NCBI GenBank assembly: GCA_030704615.1
Contig: CM060732.1
Span: forward strand, 31,806,001 to 31,870,000
Reading direction: 5' to 3'
From: Takakia lepidozioides
Lineage: Eukaryota > Plantae > Bryophyta
DNA: 64,000 nt
Shown: piece by piece, positions 38,394-52,000 of the stretch
Layout: each line of letters begins with the position of its first letter
Position numbering within the stretch: the stretch's first letter is position 1
Made by a program: the position numbers and the translations under genes
Notes under the pieces: generated by a model
What the model saw: only the letters and a program-made list of their open reading frames with translations
Told to the model about the DNA's origin: nothing
The model's database searches: none

Positions 38394-39319
38394 CAAGTGT
38401 TGTGTGGGTTCTGCCTTTTTAAGGAACCCGCCGGGTCCAGGTGCGGTTATTTTCCCGGAGCCAAGTCCGGGTCCGGATCCGGGTTTTTGAAATTTGGAAA
38501 ATCCGGGTCCGGGTTCGGTCCGGGTTTGTCAACACGGACTTTTGTTAGGGTCCGGGTAGTTGTTGGGAGATATTAGCGGGTTCACGGGTTCGGATCCAGG
38601 TCCTAATTTATTTGATTAAATAAATTAGAAAATTAATATTAATTAGGGATAAATCTATTTTTGGCTGGAAAAACTTTAAATCCTAATAATGAATTTTATT
38701 TTAGGAGACATTCCTTCAAAATATACCATGAATATGAATATGTATACCATGAATAAGAATTAAATTAAGTTTGAGTTCCATTTTCTATTTTTCAATATCA
38801 ATTCTTTAAACATGTTAAGAATAGTAATATGCCTCAAGGGTAGATCACTATAGCATGGATGTGTGGGATCTGGCATAATAATAATATAGACGTCTCCGGG
38901 AGGTGTAAATTATGGTCCCAGAGGGCACAACTTTGTGACACCACTCCGGAGATTGAACCCACAACCGCTTTTGAGGTGGTATGTGGGCATTACCACTGGG
39001 CTACAACGTGGTGGGGCTGGCTGTTGCGGCCTATTGCTGCTCGTCCCCTCCACACATATGACAAAACCTCAGATCTAAGGTGGACCCCGCATGCCCCATC
39101 TAAATTTAAGACCCTGACCCTGACCTGTTACATTGGCCCACGGGTAGCGGGTTTAAGGGGTTCTGGACCCGGCAGGAGGGTCCGGGTCCGGTTCCGGGTT
39201 CATTTTAGAAATGAATCCAGGTTAGGGTCCGGGATTTTTGTGATAGCACGAGTCCGGGTGCGGGTGCGGGTAACCCGGATCCTTACCCGCCTTCAAAACC
39301 CGGACCCGCACAACATTTG
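38394..39319. mobile_element. hAT-like non-autonomous element
   Basis: Imperfect TIRs caagtgttgtgtgggt / acccgcacaacatttg. Clusters of gggtccggg/acccgg subterminal motifs at both ends, AT-rich core. TSD not clean. Confidence 0.6.
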
Positions 39320-39748
39320 TGTGCTCTCCCCTTCGGATAGCGGCTTTAACGCTTTCGGTAGCAGTCAATCCAGGTGAAGAAGATCTTCCGGGGACACCGA
39401 CAAGCTCGGGGTGAAGCCGTGTTAACCGTAATAAAGAAGACTTGGAAGGCAATTAGCTAGGAGTAGATTCCGTAGGTGACAACAAACGAATTATGCCCCG
39501 CGAGCGTAGGAATTGAAACCTGCATTTGCTGGTAGTTTAGGATAGCGGGAGGCAGTTCTCTCAATCGACCGTTGACCCTCCGCCAAGCTTAACGACACCC
39601 TTCACGGGTGGACGGTTTTTGAGCCCAACCCACCTTGTCGCCGAACTCCAGGCCCCGGATCGACGTTAGCCTTCGTTTTCCCCGCGGATGTTGCAGCCTT
39701 AGGACTCCATATGATGTTTTTTTGCGCTTCTTTGATCTGTTTTTCAGC

Positions 39749-39792
<44 letters not shown>

Positions 39793-41699
39793 CGTTGCAG
39801 CGTTTTAGAGCTCTCGGCTGCATAACTTTGTAGATTCTTATATTGTTTTCTTATGGAAGATGCTCCTAGATCGCCTCCATGTCGTATTGCTTTGGCAACA
39901 TTGTGTGAGAATGTCACGCATATTTTGTCTTCTAGCTCAAAGCGGCTAGTCTGACGATCTGTTGATAGCTCTGGCCATCTTTTTGGTGGATATGGTCATG
40001 TTTGTGGATATTACAGCCCTTGCTTCAATTCGCATGTCTCAGAGAATCAGAATACTGAAGTTGTTGTGATGGCTAAAACATCAAATAGTGACACTGGTGG
40101 TGGCATTATTTCTTCCGACTAGCATTCTAGATCCTTCGTCATGCACTACTATTGATATTCCTTACCTTACCACGTTTGATATTGTTGCTATCACCTCTAC
40201 CACCTTGATAGATCCTCTGAATGTGGAAACATATATTGTTCCCATTCATCATCTTGGTAGTACCGAATTGAAATTTGGCGATGTCACTATTCTGGATCTT
40301 GTCGCTAATGATCCCATCTGTCCTAAATATCCTAAATGTCCAAATGTCTTTGAGCTCTGACACTGAGATTGTTATGGAGCCTTGTGAGAGTGTGTCCGTT
40401 GGCAGCACAAAGATTACAAAAAATACAACCGTCAACCACACCTTTGGAATTTTTTCCCATTGTTCTATTCATTGAATTTTGCAGATCCCCATTCAGCAGC
40501 AGATGTACTCAAGATCCTACAGGTTCAAAAGGAATGAACAATTATATGATGGCAGAGATAGACCTTCCTGGAGGCTTTTGTATTGATGTAAGTGGTTTTG
40601 AGGATAATTTGTTTTTTTATAGTTTTGTTGTTTCTGCTTTTGATGTATCTGCAGATTACTAACCTCGTTTCCATTGTATTGTTTCTAGGCATATTTCAGC
40701 CTAACGAGAAGGTGACAAAGAAAGAACGGTTGTAAAGCATAGTTTCGAAGATATCAATGTCTACAGGAATTTGATACATGTAGGGGGTTGATCCATTACT
40801 GTAGAACTCTTAGAGTCAAATAGATTGGTAGAAGATATACATTTTTTGAGAAATTCTTACATGCACATTTGTACAACAAATTGATAGAAGAATTGATTAC
40901 ATACCCAAATTTTCCACGATCTGTAGAAGTGTAGACTAAGACACTCTTTTGGATCAGTGAGAAAATAATAAGATTGGCATTTGAAGCCATTTGATACTCG
41001 GTTTTAATACATGTGTACCATCTAAGTATAATTTTACGCCTATTTCATGAAGGAGCAATATCTTTGTAGTAACAACAATCGTTGCCAAGTTTGAAAATTG
41101 TCTGCCCAATATTAAGAATAATAGATCCATAAAATATGGGGGACAATTTCCAGATTACAGCCCCCGTCCCTGGGCAAAAACCTGTAATCACGTGCCAGGG
41201 AAAATTCATGTCAGGGAAGCCCTAATTTTAACAAAGCCAAAAATTCTGAAGGTTTTTACGTGGATCTAACACATGACATAACACATGCATAAGGGGGGTG
41301 TGCCGGCCAAACTCCAGGTCCTTTACTATTATTTGCCCCCTGATTTCAGTGAGAGGAAATTTTAATTATTTTTAATTTTGTTTTTAAAGGAAACCTGTGA
41401 GCGACAACCCACAATTCATTTTAAAAAAAAAGAAAAGAGAAATATTGCATTTATTCCAAAATTATGGGGAAAAAAATAAAACCCTTTTTTGCACCATGAA
41501 GGCTACACACTGTTGTCAGTGCAGGGTGATCAAATACCTGTTGCTAAAGTGCAGCAGTGTGCTCATAGAGAGAGGACCTCTCGAAACAGCTTAGCCCTGT
41601 CCGAGAGACTTCCAAAAAATGTCTAAGCCTGCAGCAAAGACTACCGAGGAGCTAATGATCTACAAGTACGCTTTAACGAAAATTTAGCCTGGAAGTAGT

Positions 41700-44600
41700 G
41701 GCGGGGTGCTTGACGTGTTTCCAGTTCACGTCTCTCTCAAATTCCGGCGAGGCCGTGGAGTGGAGCTCTGAGGTCTCTCCAGCGCTGAGGGGGGAGAGCA
41801 TTCCAAAATCTTCATTGCTAGGGAACCCTGTCCAGAAATTTCTAGTTTCTGAATACCTAGTTGTACATGCTCGTCGCTTTGACAAATGATGCCATGGCAG
41901 GCCCACGTCGCTCTGATCGTGGCATGGATTGCTGGCGCCTGCCTGGGGGTCCTGTGACAATCTGCAACACATTTTGTCCAAGCTTTTTTCGACTCCGTTA
42001 AAAGGTCTTTGTACACCATCGCCAACAAAGCGGAGGTACTGATTGTCTCCTTGCTAAAGGTCGTTTTACATCTAGCACGCCATAAGTGCCATAACGTAGA
42101 TGCGCGAAGAGTCTCAAAGACCGGACATGGATCAAAGGATCGGGCCCTGGCTGTTTTGTTGTAATTAAGTAGCAGATCCAGAGGGTCAATGGCTGAGAGG
42201 CTCCAATGTCTGTAGAAGACCTTGATCAAGGGCCAGATTTTGGCTGGAGCTGTACAGGCAAGAAGGCAGTGCTCATGAGTTTCAATGATACCCGAGGAGC
42301 AGCATCCACATAGTAAAGCTTCATGGAATTGCGACCATTCTCCCACTTTTAGGGCTCTGTTCGCTACTTGCCATAAAAACGCCAAGATCTTGGCAGGCCT
42401 AATTTTTAGCCAGATAGAAGACCAGATTGCTGGCCAGTTCTCATTCAAGAATCCAAAGTGACTCCATTTGCTATTCCACTTAGTGGAGAGGGATGGCTGG
42501 ATGTTAAGAGCCCTATATGCCTTCTTGGGGGTGTACGTAAGAAGGGGTGTTGCAGTGCGGCCAAAGGCCCATTCCCATTCTTTGGGGTCCAGCTGGAGGT
42601 CCGCTAGAGGTCTTCCCAGGATCCACACAAATATGGAGGCATTAACCCAGGACATGACATGTACGGTAAGAGGCGGTTGGGGATCAAACTCTTTGAACTT
42701 AGATGACCAATTTCATATTCTCACCGGGGTGTGATTGAATCGAGGGAAGAGGGTTTGGGATTGAGAAACCAAGATCAGAACTAGAGTTTTGGGGTTGATA
42801 TGGTAAGCGAACCCTGAGAAGTGGGTGTCTGTGGCAAAAATCACCAATAGGATGGTGAGTCTGTTGCTTATGACTCCCAATGTCCAGAAGTTCGTGGAGG
42901 GGGTCATTGGTCCCGCCTGCAGAGACACGGTCCAGGTTTGAGGTATAGAATTTATGACCGTCTGAAGCCTGGCCTTGGGTCTGATTGACCCCAGTATAGG
43001 GCTCATTGTGTCAATATGCAGGAAGCCTGCAGGCAATCACAGGTGTTTTAGTTGACTGATGCCCCTGCTGTCCCAGGCAGACCACTTTTTTGCCAGCGAT
43101 TTTTCAGTTGGTGTGGGCACGTTGGTGTTCAAAAATAGGTGCTGGCGGAGGGTTTCCTCGTAAGTTTCTGGCTCTTTTTTGCGGAGAAATGGTCTCAGTG
43201 CAGCCCAAGCTTTCCAGATGACGTTCCATAGGGACGATCCCACCATTTTGTGCTTGAATCCTTGTGTGATCCAGCGAATGGAGGGGTGCCATTTAGAGGT
43301 CTTAAGGGGGCTTTCCATCATCAGATTTCCTACCACCAAAAACTTCCACCAGCCTCCTTCTGGGCCTAAGAATCTTGGCAGCCACTTCCCACTTTGAGGA
43401 GGGCTGTGATTTGGATCTCCGGGTCCAGAACCCCCAGTCCTCCTAGTTTTTTTGGCTGGCAGATCTGTCTCCAGGAGACCTGTGGCTTGACCATTTGGCC
43501 TGCTTTGTTAGCTCCCCATACAAAATTTTGCAATAAAGCTTTGTATTCACATATTTGCCTTTTGGAAGGGCGCCAGGATGCTGCGTAGAACCATAGGCTA
43601 GCTGAAAGAATCTGGTTGGCCACAAGTGCCGACCTGTGATTGAGAGGAACTTAGAGCCCCAAAAAGTGAGGTTTCTTTTGATCTTGGATAGAATGGGTGC
43701 AAATCATTGCTCATCAGTGATATCAAGCCCATAGGTGTACCCTAGCAACGTTGTTGTTTGGCTAGGTTGCAACCATGAGAGGCCCAAGGCCTGGCCCCAA
43801 GAGGGCACACATCCCAGAAGGGATTTTGATGTGTCTCCAACGAGGATGGCACAAGTTTTGTTCCAGTTGACCTTGAAACCAGAGGCTTCACAGAAGGCCT
43901 CCAAAGTTGTTGTCCAGGTTGGTTTGGCTTGCTTGAAGCATAAGGAAAGTGTCCTCTACATACATGGATTCCCTGATGTAGGCAGGCTGGTTAGTTATGT
44001 AGTTAGTGATTCTAAGACCCAAAATCTGCCTGTCTGCTTGTAGCATGTATCCAAGCGTGTCGGCGGCAATAATGAAGAGGAAAGGAGCCAGGGGGCAGCC
44101 TTGACGGTCAGATCGATACAGGTTGAATGGCTTTGACACTGAACCGTTGATGATTACCCTGCTGGTTGACCCATTCAACAAAATGCGCACCCATTGACAA
44201 AAGGAGGGAGGCAAACCAATCTTGGCCAAGGTGCCCATCAGGAAAGGCTATTCTACTCTGTCAAACGCTTTCTAGTCTAGAAGGATAGGGCAATGGCCTG
44301 TTGGGTTTGAAGGGCATACTGGGGAAGCTCTTGTGCAAGAAGAATGTTATCCATGATGTATCTCCCCTTAATAAAGCCCGATTGGCTAGGTCTGATGATT
44401 GAAGGAAGAAGAGGCTGAAGACGTAGAGCCAAGCTTTTGGTTATAATCTTATATGCAACATTGAGGAGAGTTATGACACCTGCTGACAGCTTAAGCTTAA
44501 TTCTACTCTTGTAGGTCTTGGAAGAATTGCAGATTTTGTTTTGCTTCCAGGTAGGTTTCGTAAGTTTCTTGATCACAGCGAGGAGATTCCATTCTTCTCT

Positions 44601-45450
44601 GACAGACTGACAGGCACTTGATGAGTGCCCTTACCCTCTTTTTTCTAGTGGCTGCAATTTCTCTACTCATCTGCTAACTGGCTGCCCCCACTGCTTTGAG
44701 CTTGGCCATGAACTTATCTGATGGGTTTTGGGAGACAGTCCCAGCATGAGACCAGCTGTCCGCAAGCCTTGTGTGAACTCTGGGATCTGTAGCAGAGAGG
44801 CATTCATTTTGTAAAGACCCTTGCCCCTTGGGCGAGTGTTTGGAATATCCAATGAAGCCTCGATGACGGCGTGATCAAAGCCGGGGTGGATGGGCTGTTG
44901 GGCAGCCTCGGCCCTCCGGGACCATTGGATACAGTCCAAGGAGGCGTAGAATCTGTCCAATCTAGCCATCTGGAGATCCACGAGAGCTCTGTTGTTTGAC
45001 CAAGTGAAGACTGGGCCAAAAGGGGGCATAGGCCCCCAGTTTGCCACTTCTATTTCCACCAAATTGTGGTTGAGGGTGAGGGAGTGCCAGTGTTGTGTCT
45101 CTACCACGTCTGGGTTAAATTGTCCAATCCCCTGCCTGTTAGTAGGAGACTCAACCATATTGAAGTCCCCTGCCAACACCCAGAAATCTATGTCCTGTTT
45201 CAGTTCCATATTGGTATTTATGGATTCCCAGAGCTGCGCCCTCTCTACTGGCGAGTTTGGAGCATAAATATTAATTAACCCCAGCCGGCCTCCTTTGGCT
45301 GGAAGGTCTATGGCACAGTACTGAACTCTGCCTGGAACCCATGAGCCTTCCGAGACTATATATTGAAAGAGGGATGGGGAAACCAAGATGGCGGTGCCTC
45401 CTCTGGAACCTTTGGAAGCAACTAGGGTCAAATTGCTGACATCAAATTGA
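41700..45450 (-). mobile_element. L1/Tx1-type LINE ORF2, 5'-truncated and frameshifted
   Basis: APE (INIYAPN, LAGDFNMV, ARLDRFY, FDHAVI; 44667-45578). RT (ITLLNVAYKI, QSGFIKGR, RQGCPLAP). zf-RVT-like C-terminus (CGCC...ETHEHCLLAC, LWHLWRARC; 41726-42655). Confidence 0.9.
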
Positions 45451-46113
45451 TGCTTGTATGAAGATATTTCTAGGGGAATTTGGAAAGCCCGAACCAATTG
45501 CTTATACCAAGGTAAGTCCAGTGAGCCTAAGATAGTCTCTGTTCCCTCTTGTTCCCACAAGGCTAAGACAAACAACAACTCATTAGTACATCTTCTTCAG
45601 TGCCAAGGGTGTACATTTTTTCCTGTAGTTCGTGTGTCCATGGATGGGTAGATGGTCAACTGGAAGCTGCAAAATCAGTGGCACAATTGATAAAATCAGA
45701 CACTGCTAATCAAGGTACCTTGTTCAACACATTTCACCCTATTTTTCGGCCCCAAATTTTCATGTTGAATTCTGCAAGTTAGTTGGTTGAGTGGATCTTT
45801 GATAGATTGGAGTGACTTTGACATGATACTGCCAATGTGACAACTGGAAAGTATCCAGAAACAGTAACAGAGACGAGGAAAAGCTGTGGGATGAATACTC
45901 TTCTGACCCCAGTAAGTGATGGGACAACCGAGGCAAAAAGGTGAATGCCTGTCAGATTACAAAGAGTAGCAGATGCAATTGCCCATAGGAATTAGTGTGA
46001 TTAGTTGAGCTGGGTGCAATTGCACTCTCCCTTTCCTCTCTACTTCTGTTTGCTGTTCAAAGGTAGTATCCCTGCCCTGAGTTTACATTAAATCAGTCTG
46101 GTGAGCAACTGTT

Positions 46114-46416
46114 GTGCGAAGGGTGAAGCCCAACCACATCACGTTTGTTTGTGTTTGCAATGCGTGTGCAAGGCTGGGAGCTCTGGAAAAGGGGAAAGAG
46201 GTCCATGGTGACATCGTCAAAGCTGGATTTGTACCAGATGTCATTTTGAACCCTGCCCTGGTGGACATATATGCCAAATGTGGGTGCATTGAGGATGCCA
46301 AGGGAGTGACGTTCAACACTATGGCTGAACGAGAAGTGGTGTCATGGAACGCAATGCTTGTAGGGTGTGTAGAGCAAGAGCGCGGGATGGGGCTTTGGAG
46401 ACCTGAAAGAAAATGA
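46114..46416 (+). pseudogene. PLS-class pentatricopeptide repeat fragment
   Basis: KPNHITFVCVCNACARLGALEKGKEVH...ALVDIYAKCGCIEDA...EREVVSWNAML: about one set of L, S and partial P motifs, then the frame is lost. Confidence 0.8.
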
Positions 46417-47589
46417 TGGGGGAAGGGGTGAAGGTCGACGATGAGCAAGACAGGAATGAGCAAATCAAAGTGGCAGTAGGATGGACGACAGCTTGGGTGG
46501 TTGTGACAATGCAGTTGGGCAGTCTCGCGCCTAAAGAGTCACAGTACTTGTAACCAACAGTGAGCGTCTACAGAGTGCTAGATCCCTTCATTTATATATA
46601 TGCCATGGTGTTTTGAAATGTGGGAAGTTGGATGTAGTCTGATGGGAGGACTAAAATTGGTTCGCTTGAAAGTCTAGGCAAGTCACTGGATCAATTCACG
46701 GAACACCAACATGAACTTGGGCTTTGTCACGCCTGTTCTCATTTCAGGTTGATCGAAGCTTGCGGCGAATGGAGCCATCAGTCGTGGCATCATTTCCATG
46801 CATAAAGTACAACCATTCAGTCTTTGCTTCGAATGAAGACGCACAATAAACATCACGACCTCCGTTGTTCCTCTTTCTCTCATCCCTCCTCCATAGCTAT
46901 GTGATATTAGAATAGCGTTCATGTAATCCCTGGTGGTTATATTGGGAGCCAATGCCCCTTATGGGAAACATTTTCTCCGATCAGCCAGCAGTTGTGTTTG
47001 TTGTGCTGCTAAGTACTTAAGTTCTCAAATGTACAGGGTAACTCGGGGTTTCCTTATTGATAAAAGCTTTGTGATACTTGAGAGAATCTGTGTAAATGCC
47101 ATAAGAATGGGCAGTCAGACAGTTTGGGGCAGGAGAAGTGAGCTCTCATCCAACAATACTGACATTTGCTGGTGTTAGCTGCAGTTCAGTAAAGAATTTC
47201 ATGCTACTGTTCCCAACCTGCAATTTTCCATTTTGCACACATCGAGTTTGTGTAATGGTGCTTAGACATACTCTTAGCAATGTTAGTTTGTTTCACATAT
47301 GTCAATGTTGTTGTTGCTATATTGCCTGAAAGCTTGCTCATGTATCTTCTGTCGTTTTCATGCTGGATGGCAGTTGAAGGTGGGTGACCAAGTCTGGCCA
47401 GTGTATGCATCTTCTGCTCAGGCATTTGGAAGTCTACTTAAACTTTGCAGCTTTGTGCATTTTTGTAGCAGCACCGGATTAGATTATGGAACGGATCTCT
47501 GAACATTAAGTCACGTTGTATTTGAATCGATGTTCCAATTTCAAATGTGCTTTCATGTTTCAATGGTGTTTTTGTATGCTTTCAATGGT

Positions 47590-48281
47590 GCTTTCGTATT
47601 TCAATGCTACGGTCATGTACACGACTACCTCCCATCCACAGAGCCTCCGCCACGTGCCACTTTCACCCCTTGTGTTCGCCCATACTCCTGCCACGTGCAG
47701 TATCCAGAGTGCGCCATGGAAGTCATATGTTCCAATCATAACGACCACCCCACCCCCATCCTGCATAATTTGACTCCACGTGTGAACTTGGGATTAAACG
47801 TCCGAAGTCATATATGCCAGTCACGAAATACCCTCCCGCTCCATATTGTCATGCCAAGTGTCATGTCCAGTCTAATCCACGTGTTGTCCTGGGGTTAATC
47901 TGCGGAAGTCACCCTATCATGCCACGTGTCGTTCTCGGTATTCTCCACGTGTTGTCCTGGGGTTAATCCACGGAAGTCATATATGCCAGTTGCGAAGACC
48001 CTGTCGCCTTCCCTTTGACGTGACACGTGGCATATCCCTTCCGTTCCATGTGAAGCTGACATGGATTCGCAGTCATTTACTACGGTCTTATCAATGACTA
48101 TGATTAGGCGTCCCTGTTGCCACGTCAACAGTGAGCTCCACGACTGGCAGATACGACCCTATGGCGCTTACGACTCATTTGTCACAACTGACTGGGTTTA
48201 TCTGACTGGGCAGTCATGCAGTCATGAAAGGCTGATACGATTGAAAAATAGCAGACGTAAAAACCGGGATCTGTTGTAGTG
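47590..48281 (-). mobile_element. CACTA terminus with subterminal repeats
   Basis: Ends ctgttgtagtg (CACTACAACAG on minus) at 48281. Repeated ccacgtg and gactg motifs. It cuts the adjacent L1 fragment. Left boundary approximate. Confidence 0.6.
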
Positions 48282-49665
48282 TTGGCTACGGTTGCCAGCC
48301 ATTGAGGTGGGATTGCTTGCACCAAGTCGTTATATCCTTTAACCGCCTTTGCCCTCCCCACCGTATCTGCTATTGAATCTAGGGATCAGATATTGTTCTC
48401 CTTCCAAATGTTATAGATCTGGCTGCTGCCTTGGTTGTCCCACGAGGACCAGCGCTTTGCTTGGTTTCGTTGAGTTGGATCAGGGTTGCTGGTATTCAAG
48501 AATAGGTGCTGTCTGAGAGTTTCGTAGTAGGTATCTAGCCGAGATTTATGGAGGAATTTCCTCAGTTTACCCCAGGCCTGCCATATGTTTACCCACAGAG
48601 AGGAACCAATTGTTTTGAGAATATTGAACCCTTGGGCAATCCAGCGTAGTGAGGGTTGCCAGGAGACAACTTTCAAAGATGAAGAGCTGACAACGTGTTC
48701 ATAGACAAGGAACTTCCACCACCCCCCTCTGGCCCAAGGAATTTGGGGATCCATTTCCCGAGGAGGGTTGTAATCTAGGTTTTAGGGTCTAGTACTAGTC
48801 CGAGGCCCCCTTATTCCTTGGGAAGGCAGATCTGCGACCAAGCCACTTGTGGTCTCTTATTTTGCGATGAGCTCTCTGCCCCCTATATAAAGTTCCTAAG
48901 TAAACGCCCGACTTCCTGGATTTGTTTGGAGTTGGGCATCCAAGATGCAGCATAGTACCAAATACCTACCGATAGCACCTGGTTGGCTACAAGGACTCTC
49001 CCTGTGATAGATAGGTGTTTGGAACCCCATAAGCTTAGTTTTCTTTTGAGTTAAGCTAGTGTACTAGGTGCGAATTTCTGGAGGGGGTGTGAGTCAAACA
49101 TGCTATCTATGATGGGGAAGAATTCAAAGTGTTAAGGTCACTGCAAAAGAGGAGCTCGAAGTGTTTCCTAGACATCTTTGCCATGGGTTTGGGAATGGTT
49201 GCTGTGAGACCTGAAGATTGATCACACAGTTCTAATATGGATTGGGAAGCTCTCCTTAGCCTTGTCTTCGCAAAGAAGTATTTTGTCATCTTCTCGCCTT
49301 TCGTTGACCAATTAACCGCCGCTTGGAGTTTCCATTTCCGCTCCTGGATTTTATAGTGTATGTCTAGGTTGCATCTGGCTTCCACATAGGTACGGTAAGT
49401 TTGTTCATCACAAAGGGTGGATTCCAATATGGATTGGCAAACCCTTAGACATTTTGTCAATGTAGCCACTTCCCCTTTTCTAATGATTGCCAATGATTGG
49501 CTCATTTTTTGGCTTTCTACATTTACTGCCCTCAGTTTGGTCATCAATCTGTCCGTCGGGTTTTGATTGTCATCCCCCGCTTGAGCCCAGGCTTGCAGCA
49601 GCCCCTGTTTGTATGAAGGTAATTTCAGCAAGAGATTGTTGATCTTGTAGAGGCCTCGGCCTCTT
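48282..49665 (-). mobile_element. second L1-type LINE fragment, internally deleted
   Basis: ORF 48386-48754 is homologous to 43037-43339 (W.PS.RWI.QGF, YETLRQHLFLNT). ORF 49107-49631 has KGEKMTKYFF. The RT core between them is missing. Confidence 0.85.
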
Positions 49666-49707
49666 TTAAATTTGAGAAAAAAAAGAAAACTTGAGAGAAG
49701 ATAATAC

Positions 49708-50110
49708 CAGAGTTGGACCGATATACTTAGTTGAACCTAGGTATGGTATACAAGTAGGAGTATGTGTATTGAAAAACATACCAGTCGAATATGAATGAAC
49801 CAATGTACTCAGGTAATGCACATGTACCAGGGTAGTAGGTCTTTAGGGTTTCACCCCACATACCAAACCATCTAGATAAGTGCCGGCGTAGCATGGTCCC
49901 CATCCCAATATTGCGGCCAGTTCATGGCGGATGGAACTAGGTAAGTATATGTTAGTGTAACTAGTTATAATTTGTACTCATACCAGATTCATGCTCGTAT
50001 ACCTCTATAGATACCTATACCAGCCCGGTATGAAAGAAAGGTGGGACCCTTCATACTTCATACCAGGACCCCGTCTGGTACCAAAATGTGGACATACCAG
50101 TCCAACACTG
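49708..50110. mobile_element. hAT MITE
   Basis: TIRs cagagttggac / gtccaacactg (10/11 match). 8-bp TSD gataatac / gttaatac (7/8). Many (a)tacca internal motifs. Confidence 0.75.
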
Positions 50111-50465
50111 GTTAATACCATGCACAACTAGGTAGTAGGATTTGAACCCGATATCACCAGGATGGCACTCACAGGTCTGCTACTACAGGTAATTTTTAGA
50201 AAAAACGAAAAGAAAACTAGAAGAGTAGCCGAACACACATCTCCCAAATCCCATATGGATTTTGAGCAGAGGCAACATGGCTATAGAGGAGATGGTTCTG
50301 GGTTCAAATCCACATTCGTATTTTTGTCACACAGATGAAATTAGACTATGGCGCCCATGTGGTTGATTAATACTGGATCTACAATTGATTGATTATAGAA
50401 TGCAACCACCAATCAGGAAGGGTAGAAATAAATGCGCGCTTGAGGACAAGTAACATAACACCATA

Positions 50466-52000
50466 CTAGGGTAGCCTCTGCCCTTGGCCCAAGTATGCAG
50501 TGTCATCTAAGTCCAAGTGCAATCTTAAGTGTCCAATGTCATCTAAGTCTAATCATTTTTTTTCCACAAAGCCTACGACCAGATTTGAACCGGAGACCTT
50601 TTCCTTGATATATCTCATGTCAGAGGCTCAACCATTGTCCCAAGGAGAGCCCACTTTGCTCGTACCCGAATTTCCAGCGACCCAAAGTACTTGAAATTCC
50701 ACATCTCCCACACCGCAAGTCCAAAAATCATGAGACCAAGTCGGTGCACCCCTCCTCATCGAGGGCTTTCCAACCGTATCAAGCACTGAGGGTGGGCCCC
50801 GCAGGTTGGGACATCTCAAATCTACAAAACAAAACAAAACAAAACAAAACAAACGTCTCGATTCATATTTTGACTAGGGTAGCCTATGCTGTTGGCCCAA
50901 GTGTCAAGTGTAATCTAAGCCCTGCAAGTGCATCTCCTATGTCGAGGCCCAAGTGCGACCTCTAGGGTAGCCTCTGCCATTGGCCCAAGGGTCCAATGTC
51001 ATCTACGTCCAAATGCATTTTTTTTCCACAGAGCCTATGACCAAATTTGAACCGGAGACCTTTCCCTTGCTATCTCTCATGTCGAGGCTCCAACCATTGT
51101 CCCAGGAATTCCCACTTCGCTATTTTTCGCGAATTTCAGCGACCAAAAGTACTTGAAATTCCACATCTCCCACACCGCAGGTCCAAAAATCATGAGACCA
51201 AGCCCATGCACCCCTCCTCGTCGAGGGCTTTCCAATGGTACCAAGCACCAGGGCTGGGGCCTCGCGGTTGGGGACATCTCAAATCTACAAAACAAAACAA
51301 AACAAACGTCTCGCTTCATATATTGACTAGGGTAGCCTGTGCCGTTGGCCCAAGTGTCAAATGTCATCTAAGTCCAAATCCAATTTTTTTTCCACAGAGC
51401 CTACGACGAGATTTGAACCGGAGACCTTTCCCTTGATATCCCTCATTTCGAGGCTCCAACCATTGTCCCAGGAATTCCCACTTTGCTATTTTTCGCGAAT
51501 ATCCAGCGACCCAAAATACTTGTAATTCCACATCTCCCACACTGCAAGTCCAAAAATCATGAGACCAAGCCAGTGCACCCCTCCTCCGGCTTTCCAATGG
51601 TACCAAGCACCAGGGCTGGGGCCTCGCGGTTGGGGACATCTCAAACCTACAAAACAAAACATAACATAACAAAGCAAACGTCTCGATTCATATATTGACT
51701 AGGGTAGCCTATGCCGTTGGCTCAAGTGTCCAATGTCATCTAAGTCATCTCAGTCTAATCATTTTAAACAAAACCTACGACCTGATTTGAACCGGAGACC
51801 TTTTCCTTGATATCTCTCATGTCGAGGCTCCGATCATTGTCCCAAGAAAGCCCACTTTGCTATTTTTTGTGAATTTCTAGAGACCAAAACTACTTGAAAT
51901 CCAACATCGCCCACACCGCAGGTCCAAAAATCACAGTCGGTGCAGCCAGGGCTTTCCAACGGTACCAAGCACTCAGGGTGGGGCCCGCAGCTTGGGACAT
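50466..52000 (-). mobile_element. head-to-tail tandem array of a ~365-410 bp non-autonomous Helitron
   Basis: Units 50466-50873, 50874-50961 (partial), 50962-51326, 51327-51698 and 51699-52000 (truncated). On minus, full units start TCAA(T/A)ATATGAA and end in a hairpin plus CTAG. Most junctions read CTAG|TC. Confidence 0.75.

Noticed and set aside
39602-39823. Poly-lysine ORF
   Set aside because: Arises from the poly-T run at ~39749-39791.
46114-46416. Functional PPR editing-factor gene
   Set aside because: Fewer than three motifs, frame lost at the 3' end, no E/DYW domain nearby.
25440-48281. One 23-kb CACTA element joining the two termini
   Set aside because: TIRs differ (CACTACAAGAA vs CACTACAACAG), flanking triplets differ (cag vs ttg), and the subterminal repeats are unrelated.
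50466-52000. CRISPR-like or coding interpretation of the tandem repeats
   Set aside because: Units are 365-410 bp with no unique spacers, the context is eukaryotic, and the termini fit a Helitron.
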